Assembly (NCBI GenBank): GCA_045802645.1
Contig: JBJMQQ010000013.1
Location: 1,588-65,587 of the forward strand
Direction of reading: 5' to 3'
Length of the DNA: 64,000 nucleotides
From: Polyangia bacterium
GTDB taxonomy: Bacteria > Myxococcota_A > Polyangia > Fen-1088
The notes under the pieces were generated by a model. That model worked only from the letters and a program-made list of their open reading frames with translations, was not told where the DNA came from and ran no database searches. The first letter of the stretch is position 1. Every line of letters begins with the position of its first letter. The position numbers and the translations under genes are program-made. Shown one piece after another: positions 1 through 7,651 of the stretch.

Positions 1-3000
1 CGCCTGCGAGCCGTGGGGCGCCTGCGGGCAGTGCTCGTCGTCCAACGCGGCCCAGTGCTCGGGCAGCACGCCCGTCTGCAACACCGGCGCGGGCGCCTGC
101 GTGTCCTGCACGTCGAACGCGCAGTGCGGCGGCTCGACGCCGATCTGCAACACGGCGACGCACACCTGCCGGGCCTGCGCGGGCGACAACGACTGCGGCG
201 GCGCGACGCCCGCCTGCCAGCCGGGCGGCGCCTGCGGCCAGTGCTCGGCGACGAACGCCAGCGCCTGCACGGGCGCGACCCCGGCCTGCTTCACGACGAA
301 CGGCACCTGCGTGCCGTGCACGTCGAACGCCCAGTGCGGCGGGACGACGCCCGTCTGCAACACGACCGCCCACAGCTGCCGGGCTTGCGGCTCCGATGCG
401 GAGTGCGGCGGCGCGACGCCGGCGTGCGAATCGTCGGGCGCGTGCGGCCAGTGCTCGGCCAGCAACGCGACCGCCTGCGCGGGGGCGACCCCCGTCTGCA
501 ACACGGCGACCTCGACGTGCGTGGTCTGCCTGACCAACGCGCAATGCGGCGGGTCGACGCCGGTCTGCAACACGGTGACCCACACCTGCCGGGCGTGCGC
601 GGGCGACGGCGAGTGCGGCGGCGCGACCCCGGCCTGCGAGCCGTGGGGCGCCTGCGGTCAGTGCTCGGCGACGAACGGCGCGCAGTGCTCCGGCGCCACG
701 CCCGTGTGCAACACCGGCGCCGGCAGCTGCGTGTCGTGCACGTCCAACGCGCAGTGCGGCGGCGCCACCCCTGTCTGCAACGTCTCGACGCACACCTGCC
801 GGGCGTGCGCGGGCGACAACGACTGCGGCGGCGCGACGCCGGCCTGCCAGCCGTCGGGCGCGTGCGGCGTGTGCTCGGCGACGAACGCCAGCAAGTGCAC
901 GGGCAGCACGCCGGCCTGCCTGACCACCACCGGTACCTGCGTGCCCTGCACGTCGAACGCGCAGTGCGGCGGCATCGCGCCCGTCTGCAACACGACGACG
1001 CACACCTGCCGGGCCTGCACGGGTGACACCGAGTGCGGCGGGGCGACGCCGGCCTGCCAGGCCTCGGGCGCCTGCGGCCAGTGCTCACTGGGGAACACCA
1101 GCGCCTGCGCCGGTCCGACGCCCGTCTGCTACACGCCGTCGGGAACCTGCGTTCGTTGCACCGCCGACGCCGACTGCAGCGGCGGGTCGCCCGTCTGCGA
1201 CTTCGCCTTCCACACCTGCCGCGCCTGCTCGGGCGACAACGAGTGCGGCGGCGCGACGCCGGCCTGCGAATCGTCGGGCGCGTGCGGGCAGTGCTCGGTC
1301 AACAACAGCACCCAGTGCACGGGCGCCACGCCGCTGTGCGAGACCGGCGCCGGCAAGTGCGTTCGCTGCCTGGCCAACGCCGACTGCAGCGGGACGACGC
1401 CGGTCTGCGACGGCGGCACGCACACCTGCCGCGGTTGTGGCGGCGACGTCGACTGCGGCGGCGCGACCCCCGCTTGCCAGGCCTCGGGCGCCTGCGGCAT
1501 CTGCTCGGCCACCAACACCAGCAAGTGCACCGGGACCACCCCGGCCTGCGACGTCCCGACCGGCACCTGCGTCAACTGCATGAGCAACGCCGAGTGCGGC
1601 GGGAACCGCCCGGTCTGCAACACGGCGACGCACACCTGCCGCGCGTGCGTGGCCGACACCGAGTGTGGCGGCGCGACCCCGGCCTGCCAGGCCTCCGGCG
1701 CGTGCGGGCAGTGCTCGGCGACCAACACGTCCCAGTGCACGGGCGCCACGCCGATCTGTTTGGCCGCGACGGGTAGCTGCGTTGCGTGCCTCGCGAACGC
1801 GGACTGCGGCAGCGCGACGGCGCCGGTCTGCGACGGGAACTTGCACAGCTGTCGTGGCTGCGGCGGCGACACCGAGTGTGGCGCGACGACGCCGGCTTGC
1901 CAGCCCTCGGGCGCGTGCGGGCAGTGCTCGGCCAGCAACGCCGCGGCCTGCACGGGCGCGACGCCTTACTGCAACACGGGGAGCGGAAGCTGCGTCTCCT
2001 GCGTGAACAGCAGCCAGTGCAGCGGCACCACCCCAATCTGCGACGGTGGTACGCACGTGTGCCGGTCCTGCGCGCGCGACGGCGACTGCGGCGGCGCGAC
2101 GCCGGCCTGCGAGCCGTCGGGCGCGTGCGGCCAGTGCTCGGCGACGAACGTCAGCGCCTGCGGTGGCGCGACGCCGGCCTGCGACGTCTCGGCCGGAACG
2201 TGCGTCGGCTGCACGTCGAACACCCAGTGTGGCGGCGCGACGCCCGTCTGCAACACCGCAACCCACGCCTGCCGGGCCTGCAGCGGCGACGGCGAGTGCG
2301 GCGGTGCGACGCCGGCCTGCGAATCATCGGGCGCCTGCGGCCAGTGCTCGTCGACGAACGCCACCGCGTGCACCGGCACGACGGCGCTTTGCGAGACGAC
2401 CAGCGGCACCTGCGTGGCCTGCCTCAGCGACAGCGATTGCGGCACGGCAATGGCGCCCATCTGTGACGGCGCAACCCACACCTGCCGTGGCTGCGGCACC
2501 GACAACGAGTGCGGCGGCGCGCTGCCGGCGTGCCAGCCGTCGGGCGCGTGCGGTGTCTGCTCGGCGACGAACAACACGCGTTGCAGCGCCTCCACACCCG
2601 TTTGCGACGTGCCGAACGGAACCTGCGTCGGCTGCGTGAGCAACGCCCAGTGCAGCGGCACGAGCCCCGTCTGCGACACGGCCAGCCACAGCTGCCGCCC
2701 GTGCGGTGGAACGGCGGATTGCCCGGCCGCGGCGCCCATCTGCCTGACGGCCGGTTCGCTGGCGGGCGCGTGCGCGGCCTGTACGGCGACCGACACCACG
2801 CATTGCACGCCGAAGACGCCCAAGTGCGACACGTCGGCCGGGCCGGGCGTCTGCGTCGGGTGCCTCACGGGGTCCGACTGCGGCGGCATCACGCCGCTCT
2901 GCTCCAGCGCCACCCACAGCTGCGTCGCCTGCAGCGCCGACGGCGCGCCCAGCTGCCCGAACCCCGAACGGCCGTTCTGCTTGACCACGGGGCCGCTGTC

Positions 3001-3100
3001 CGGCGCCTGCAGCGAGTGCACGGCGAGCAACACCACCCTCTGCAACCCGCTGGAGCCGCAGTGTCTGCTGGACCTGGGCATCTGCGGCTGCGCCAGCGAC
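1..3100 (+). repeat. In-frame tandem DNA repeats (~222 bp unit, ~15 copies) inside the Cys-rich protein gene
   Basis: Codon strings recur (tgcacgtcgaacgcgcagtgcggcgg..., gcctgccgggcctgcgcgggcgac..., ggcgcgtgcggccagtgctcggc...). The multiple overlapping same-strand and antisense ORFs with periodic translations reflect the repeat. Confidence 0.8.
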
Positions 3101-4075
3101 CAGAGCTGCGGGGCCGTCGACTCGGGCCTGATCTGCAGTGGCCCAGGCGGGCTGTGTCAGCCCGGCTGCGCGGCGGCGCCGCGGAACGGCTGCCCGGCGG
3201 GCCAGAGCTGCGCGGCGTCCGGCGGCGCGGGCCAGTGCACGATGCCGGCGCCCTGCGCTTCGGACAACGACTGCAGCGCGCCGCTGACCCACTGCGAGAC
3301 GGCGACCGGCCACTGCGTCGGCTGCCTGGTCGACAACGACTGCCCGGCGCCGCTGGTTTGCGACGGGACCGCCCACACCTGCCTCGAGTGCACGCCGGCC
3401 GATCGACAGAACTGCGGCGCCGACCTCGCCGGGGCGCAGTGCCTGCCGGGCGGCCGCTGCGGTTGCACGCAGGACAGCGACTGCGGCGGCACCACCTCGG
3501 GCCGCGTCTGCGACCCCGTGTCGTCGCGCTGCGTCCCCGGGTGCCGCGGCACGGGTGGCAATGCTTGCCCGGCGGGCGAGCCGTGCTCGTCGACGACCTC
3601 CGACGTGGGCCGCTGCAATACTCAGCCGGCGACGGACGGAGGCGCGGGTGGGGCTGGCGGTAACACCGGCAACGGCGCGGCGGGCGGCGCGGGCGGCAAC
3701 ACCGGCCAAGGTGGCGCCGGCACTGACGCCTCGGCGCCCGACGGGGGCGGCGGGTTCGGTGGCATGGCCGGCGCTGGTCAAGGTGCAACGGGCGGTAGCG
3801 CGGGCGCGGGGTCGGGCACGGGCGGGCAGGGCGGCGGCGCGGGCACGCTGGCCGACGGTGGCGGGACGACGGGCGCGGGCGGCAGCCCCACGGACGGACC
3901 GGGCGCGCCGCAGGACGGCAGCGCCGACGGCATCGGCGCGGTGAACCCGGGTGGCTACATCGCCGGCGGCGGTTGCGACTGCTCGACCACCGGTGACTCG
4001 GCCCCATTGCGCCTCCTGGCCTGGGCCGTCGTCGGCGCCCTCGGCTGGGTCCGCCGCCGCCGCCCGCGCCGCTAG
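1..4075 (+). CDS. Cysteine-rich tandem-repeat secreted/surface protein with C-terminal MYXO-CTERM sorting signal (5' end lies outside window)
   Basis: The frame of ORF 101..4075 stays open back to nt 2, and ACEPWGACGQCS... precedes the first Met. It has ~15 tandem ~74-aa modules CVxCxSNAQCGGxTPxCNTxTHTC-RACxGDxECGGATPAC-QxSGACGQCSxTNxSxCTGxTPxC (Myxococcus cysteine-rich repeat type). A Gly-rich low-complexity stretch spans nt 3640-3960. The terminal GGGCDCSTTG-LLAWAVVGALGWV-RRRRPRR is a Cys motif + TM helix + Arg tail, i.e. MYXO-CTERM. Confidence 0.85.
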   Translation, partial: ACEPWGACGQCSSSNAAQCSGSTPVCNTGAGACVSCTSNAQCGGSTPICNTATHTCRACAGDNDCGGATPACQPGGACGQCSATNASACTGATPACFTTNGTCVPCTSNAQCGGTTPVCNTTAHSCRACGSDAECGGATPACESSGACGQCSASNATACAGATPVCNTATSTCVVCLTNAQCGGSTPVCNTVTHTCRACAGDGECGGATPACEPWGACGQCSATNGAQCSGATPVCNTGAGSCVSCTSNAQCGGATPVCNVSTHTCRACAGDNDCGGATPACQPSGACGVCSATNASKCTGSTPACLTTTGTCVPCTSNAQCGGIAPVCNTTTHTCRACTGDTECGGATPACQASGACGQCSLGNTSACAGPTPVCYTPSGTCVRCTADADCSGGSPVCDFAFHTCRACSGDNECGGATPACESSGACGQCSVNNSTQCTGATPLCETGAGKCVRCLANADCSGTTPVCDGGTHTCRGCGGDVDCGGATPACQASGACGICSATNTSKCTGTTPACDVPTGTCVNCMSNAECGGNRPVCNTATHTCRACVADTECGGATPACQASGACGQCSATNTSQCTGATPICLAATGSCVACLANADCGSATAPVCDGNLHSCRGCGGDTECGATTPACQPSGACGQCSASNAAACTGATPYCNTGSGSCVSCVNSSQCSGTTPICDGGTHVCRSCARDGDCGGATPACEPSGACGQCSATNVSACGGATPACDVSAGTCVGCTSNTQCGGATPVCNTATHACRACSGDGECGGATPACESSGACGQCSSTNATACTGTTALCETTSGTCVACLSDSDCGTAMAPICDGATHTCRGCGTDNECGGALPACQPSGACGVCSATNNTRCSASTPVCDVPNGTCVGCVSNAQCSGTSPVCDTASHSCRPCGGTADCPAAAPICLTAGSLAGACAACTATDTTHCTPKTPKCDTSAGPGVCVGCLTGSDCGGITPLCSSATHSCVACSADGAPSCPNPERPFCLTTGPLSGACSECTASNTTLCNPLEPQCLLDLGICGCASDQSCGAVDSGLICSGPGGLCQPGCAAAPRNGCPAGQSCAASGGAGQCTMPAPCASDNDCSAPLTHCETATGHCVGCLVDNDCPAPLVCDGTAHTCLECTPADRQNCGADLAGAQCLPGGRCGCTQDSDCGGTTSGRVCDPVSSRCVPGCRGTGGNACPAGEPCSSTTSDVGRCNTQPATDGGAGGAGGNTGNGAAGGAGGNTGQGGAGTDASAPDGGGGFGGMAGAGQGATGGSAGAGSGTGGQGGGAGTLADGGGTTGAGGSPTDGPGAPQDGSADGIGAVNPGGYIAGGGCDCSTTGDSAPLRLLAWAVVGALGWVRRRRPRR

Positions 4076-4080
4076 CTCGG

Positions 4081-5529
4081 CTACCTCAAGGCCAGCGTCG
4101 AGGCGCGCCACGCCGGCGAGCTCCAGCGCTTGAAGGCGAGCAGCTTGCCGGCGTTGTTGGCCCACTTGTCCACGGATAGCGTCGGCGCGTCCAGCACCTG
4201 GAACCGGCGGCTGGGGCGACCGTCGACGTGGGCTTCGCGGACGACCAGCAGCTTCCCGCCGTCGGGCGACATCCCGGCCGCCTCGACGTAGCCGGCGCCC
4301 GCGTCTGGGTCCGCCGCCGCCGGCGTCAGTGTGTCGATGGTCCAGGCGGCGCCCGCCGGCGCGCGGCGGATGACCCACAGCTCCGTCCAGGCCGGCAGCG
4401 GCTGCACGGCGATCGTTGCGACGTTCCCAGCGGCGGCCCAGCGCAGCGCGCTCGGCCAGACGACGCCGAACGTGCAGCGCTCGCCCAGGACCGCGTGCTT
4501 GCCGCCCCCGTCCACGACGCGGAGGCAGGTCTCGCCCGGTGCTCGCGACGCGACGGAAATGGCGACAGCCCGGGGCTGGCCTGGGCTCGGCGGGGCCTCG
4601 CCCGCCCAGCGGGAGGCGGCCACGCGAACGGCGACCTCGTCGTAAACCGCGCCGTCCTCCGGCGCCAGCACGCCCCGGTCCGCCAGCGCCAGCTCGCGCA
4701 CGGCGGTCCCTTCGGCGCGCGCGGCTGCGTCCAGCTGCCCCTGGCGCGCCTGGTCGAACGCCCGCCAGGCGTACGCCTCGGCGCGCCGCAGCCGCACGCG
4801 TCCCACCAGCGCCGGTGAGATCGATCTTTCGGCGATGAAGTCGATCGAGGTCAGCGCCTGCAGGCGACGGTCGTTGAACGCCCGCGTCAACGTGGGTGGC
4901 GCCGTCACATCGGCGCAGCGGTCGACGGACAGCGCCAGCGCGGCGCGCGCCCGCTCGATGGGTGCCGCGTTCGGCGTCGCCAGCACGCGTTCCCAGGCCT
5001 CGCCGTCGTAGCAGACGCGGGTGCGTCCGGTTGGCGTCTCCGGGTCAACGACGTTGAACTTCACCCCGTAGCTGGCCGCGACCTCCAGGTGGGCAGCCAG
5101 CATCGCGTCTTTCGCGTCGAGCCGCCGCGCGGACGCCCGGCGCGCCAGCCGGTCCGCCATGCTGCCAATCGCCGCCAGCAGCTCGCTCTGGTCGGCGCCA
5201 GGCGGCGCCGTTCGCAGCGCGAGCGCGGCGTAGCCGATCCCCAGCGACTCGTACCCGCCGGCATCGCGCAGGAATCGGACGACCGCCGTCAGCTCGGTCG
5301 TGGCGGTGGCGTCCAGCGGATACTCGCGCACCTGAGAGGGACGCACGTACCCGGGGCGCTCGTGCCGGTGGTCGTACACCCGCAGGAACCCCGCCGCTTC
5401 GCCGCGCACCTCCAGCCAGTCGCCGCGCGCCAGCGTTGCCTGCGCGGGGGCGTCGTCGCGGGGGGCATTACGCAGCACCGCCGGATCCTCGGCGACCAGC
5501 GCGACCAGCAACACGGCGGCCGCGCTCAT
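4081..5529 (-). CDS. Putative secreted protein with N-terminal SH3b-like domain, function unknown
   Basis: 482-aa ORF with a hydrophobic N-terminus (MSAAAVLLVALVA). GDWLEVRGEAAGFLRVYDHRHERPGYVRPSQV resembles the bacterial SH3 fold (GxWLxV...GYV). Its start shares 1 nt with the upstream SPFH stop (TAATG). Confidence 0.6.
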   Translation of the reverse strand: MSAAAVLLVALVAEDPAVLRNAPRDDAPAQATLARGDWLEVRGEAAGFLRVYDHRHERPGYVRPSQVREYPLDATATTELTAVVRFLRDAGGYESLGIGYAALALRTAPPGADQSELLAAIGSMADRLARRASARRLDAKDAMLAAHLEVAASYGVKFNVVDPETPTGRTRVCYDGEAWERVLATPNAAPIERARAALALSVDRCADVTAPPTLTRAFNDRRLQALTSIDFIAERSISPALVGRVRLRRAEAYAWRAFDQARQGQLDAAARAEGTAVRELALADRGVLAPEDGAVYDEVAVRVAASRWAGEAPPSPGQPRAVAISVASRAPGETCLRVVDGGGKHAVLGERCTFGVVWPSALRWAAAGNVATIAVQPLPAWTELWVIRRAPAGAAWTIDTLTPAAADPDAGAGYVEAAGMSPDGGKLLVVREAHVDGRPSRRFQVLDAPTLSVDKWANNAGKLLAFKRWSSPAWRASTLALR

Positions 5530-6809
5530 TACTCGGCCTCCGCGTTGTCGTTGGCGGCGCGGGTGGTGGCCGGCGCGTTGGTGTTCGCCGCGACGGGCCC
5601 ATGCGCCTGCATGCCCAGGAGTCCGCCCGCGAAGAAGCCGCCCGCCGAGGGCGGCGCGACGATGACCTGGATCTTGTCGGACAGCTTGTCGGCCAGCGTC
5701 TTCTGGATCAGCAGCGGGTTGCGGGCGATCAGCGCCGAGTCGCGCGCCATCTGGTCGGCGTTGGCCTTGCCGGTCGCCTCGATTCGGTAGGCGTCAGCAT
5801 CCGCCAGCTTCCTGCGCGCGTCGGCCTCGGCGGCGGTCTCGATCTTGCGAGCCTCGGCGTCGCCTTCCGCGTCCTTCATGCGCTGCACCTTGCGGGCCTC
5901 CGCCTCCAGGCGCCGCTGCTCGATCTCCTTCTCCTTCAGCGGGAGCACGTGCTTCATCGCCTCTTCACGGGCCTTGGCCGCGATGATCTCCTCGGACGCG
6001 GCGGCCTCGGCGGCCTTTTCGCGCTGGACCTTCGCGGCGTCCGCGTCCAGCTCGGACTCCTTCACGCGCTTCTCCTTGAGCTGCAGCGTGTAGCGCATCT
6101 TCTCGGTGGCCAGCTCCTCGGAAAGCATCCCTTCGAGCCCCTTGCGGTACTGCTCGGGCAGGTCGACGTGCCCCAGGTAGAGCGACCGCACCGTGATGCC
6201 GTCAGGCGCCAGCAGGCCACGCAGCTCGCCCTGGATGTCGTCCTGGATTTCGACGCGTTTGTCCGTGAAGATCTCCCGCACGGTGTGCCGCGCCAGTGCC
6301 CGGTGCAAGACCCCTTCCACGACCGGCTCGATCAGATCGTGCCCCACGTTGACCGGCAGGCGCTTGGCCACGTCGCCGACCCGGTTCGGATCGATGGCGT
6401 AGCGGACCGTCACCGCCACACCGACCGACAGCCCCTCGACCGTCTGGAACGGCGCGGGCCCGTCGGCGCTCGCGCTCTCCTGCGGGCGGTAGACCTGGTC
6501 GCGAAGCGGATAGCGCCGCAGCTCGTGCACCAGCGGCACGATCACGGTCGGTCCTTCGGGGATCACGCTCAGCCCTCCTGTGAGGCGGTTCAGGCGCACG
6601 CCGACCTCGCCGGCGGGCACCACCTGCACGGGCGGGCGCAAGCCGATCAGCAGCACGGCGCCCGCGATGAAGCCGGCCGCCAGGTAACGGCGGTGGCGCG
6701 GGCTGCCGAAGGTCTCGATGCAGCCCAGCGCCACGGCGGCGCCGGCGGCCCGCACGAAGACGTACGTCTGGATGGCCACTCGTTTGAAACGTTCGCGGAA
6801 GGTCGTCAT
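5529..6809 (-). CDS. SPFH/band-7 (stomatin/prohibitin/HflK-like) membrane protein
   Basis: N-terminal TM helix, then a band-7 core (VIPEGPTVIVPLVHELRRYPLRDQVY...VGVAVTVRYAIDPNRV...). Long Ala/Glu/Lys-rich coiled-coil C-terminus. RBS AGGAGAttccATG. Confidence 0.85.
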   Translation of the reverse strand: MTTFRERFKRVAIQTYVFVRAAGAAVALGCIETFGSPRHRRYLAAGFIAGAVLLIGLRPPVQVVPAGEVGVRLNRLTGGLSVIPEGPTVIVPLVHELRRYPLRDQVYRPQESASADGPAPFQTVEGLSVGVAVTVRYAIDPNRVGDVAKRLPVNVGHDLIEPVVEGVLHRALARHTVREIFTDKRVEIQDDIQGELRGLLAPDGITVRSLYLGHVDLPEQYRKGLEGMLSEELATEKMRYTLQLKEKRVKESELDADAAKVQREKAAEAAASEEIIAAKAREEAMKHVLPLKEKEIEQRRLEAEARKVQRMKDAEGDAEARKIETAAEADARRKLADADAYRIEATGKANADQMARDSALIARNPLLIQKTLADKLSDKIQVIVAPPSAGGFFAGGLLGMQAHGPVAANTNAPATTRAANDNAEAE

Positions 6810-6833
6810 GGAATCTCCTTTGGGTCTGCAGGT

Positions 6834-7283
6834 TCACGAAACGGTGAAGGTCACGCCCGCCAGCCGCCGACCGTCTGGCCCGAACACCTCGACGGTCGTT
6901 CGGCCCGGCGGCACGCGGTGGCGTGACCAGGTCCGCCAGCAGCGGTCATCGCCGACAGGCATGTAGTGGCGGGCGATCTCGACGCCGTCGCGGGTCCAGA
7001 CGTGCTCGATGAACCCGGCGCCGTGACCCGCGATCGTCGTGTGCGCGTAGACCTGCTCGCCGGCGGCGAACGGGCGCTCGGCGGTCGGCCCGTCGATCGG
7101 GTCGCGGTTCACGATCCGACGAGCCAGGGTGAGGGTGGCGAGAGGTGCTTGCGTCGGCTCGCCCGCGAACGCCCGCGCCGACATCAGAAACTCGAGTCCG
7201 GTCATGCTGGACCTGAATTGCAGCCGGCGTGCCGTCGCCCGGAGAGGCCGATCCACCGGGACTTCGAGGTCCCAGCGGCGCAA
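6834..7283 (-). CDS. Hypothetical protein (last gene of the SH3b/SPFH operon side)
   Basis: 149-aa ORF on the same strand 24 nt upstream of the SPFH gene. I recognise no family. The true start may be an internal Met. Confidence 0.4.
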   Translation of the reverse strand: MRRWDLEVPVDRPLRATARRLQFRSSMTGLEFLMSARAFAGEPTQAPLATLTLARRIVNRDPIDGPTAERPFAAGEQVYAHTTIAGHGAGFIEHVWTRDGVEIARHYMPVGDDRCWRTWSRHRVPPGRTTVEVFGPDGRRLAGVTFTVS

Positions 7284-7285
7284 TC

Positions 7286-7321
7286 TATGTTTTACATATC
7301 CTTTTCTGTAGAATGGCTGAG
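7286..7321. promoter_or_regulatory. AT-rich divergent promoter island (tttacatatccttttctgtagaatgg)
   Basis: This is the only strongly AT-rich stretch in a ~70% GC region, lying between divergent genes. It contains TTTACA and TAGAAT hexamers, and TAGAAT overlaps ATG 7313. Confidence 0.35.
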
Positions 7322-7651
7322 ATGAACGGCGACTCCTGGTTGGCTCGCGTGCGCCACGACCTGGTCAAGCGCCTCGTCTGGCCGGCGCGCGATCGGCGCG
7401 ACGCCGGCGGGCGCGTCATCCCCGGTGAGCTGGTGGCGTCCGTGATCGACGAGGAGGGGCAACCCACGACGGCCGGGGCGTTGTGGGCCACGCTGGCCGC
7501 CGACGCGCCGACCGGGGCGGGCGTGGCGGCGTTCGGCGCGGCCGTCGCGCGCGCCGTCGACGCCGCGCGAGCCGGCGACCTGGACGGCGTCTTGGCGCTG
7601 GAGGCCGCGTTCACGGCTTTGGCGCGATCCTTGGATGGAGAGACGAGCTGA
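7313..7651 (+). CDS. Small hypothetical protein, first gene of a 4-gene signalling operon
   Basis: ATG 7313 (alternative ATG 7322) inside ORF 7229..7651. Its stop overlaps the next start (TGATG). I recognise no domain. Confidence 0.5.
   Translation: MAEMNGDSWLARVRHDLVKRLVWPARDRRDAGGRVIPGELVASVIDEEGQPTTAGALWATLAADAPTGAGVAAFGAAVARAVDAARAGDLDGVLALEAAFTALARSLDGETS

Noticed and set aside
1-3100. Tandem repeats as a possible CRISPR array
   Set aside because: Units are ~222 bp, in-frame, protein-coding and not separated by unique spacers. There are no cas genes.
291-4378. Multiple long antisense and off-frame ORFs over the Cys-rich repeat gene (291..1088-, 658..1098-, 1085..2266-, 1966..3081-, 2324..4378-, 2889..4007-, 1033..1776+, 2509..3663+ etc.)
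   Set aside because: Arg/Ala/Pro/Gly-rich translations are typical of GC-driven shadow ORFs. The sense frame carries a coherent periodic Cys-repeat domain architecture and the sorting signal.
7209-7223. Sigma-54-like TGGACCTGAATTGCA upstream of the signalling operon
   Set aside because: GG to GC spacing is one nt too short. The invariant spacing is violated.
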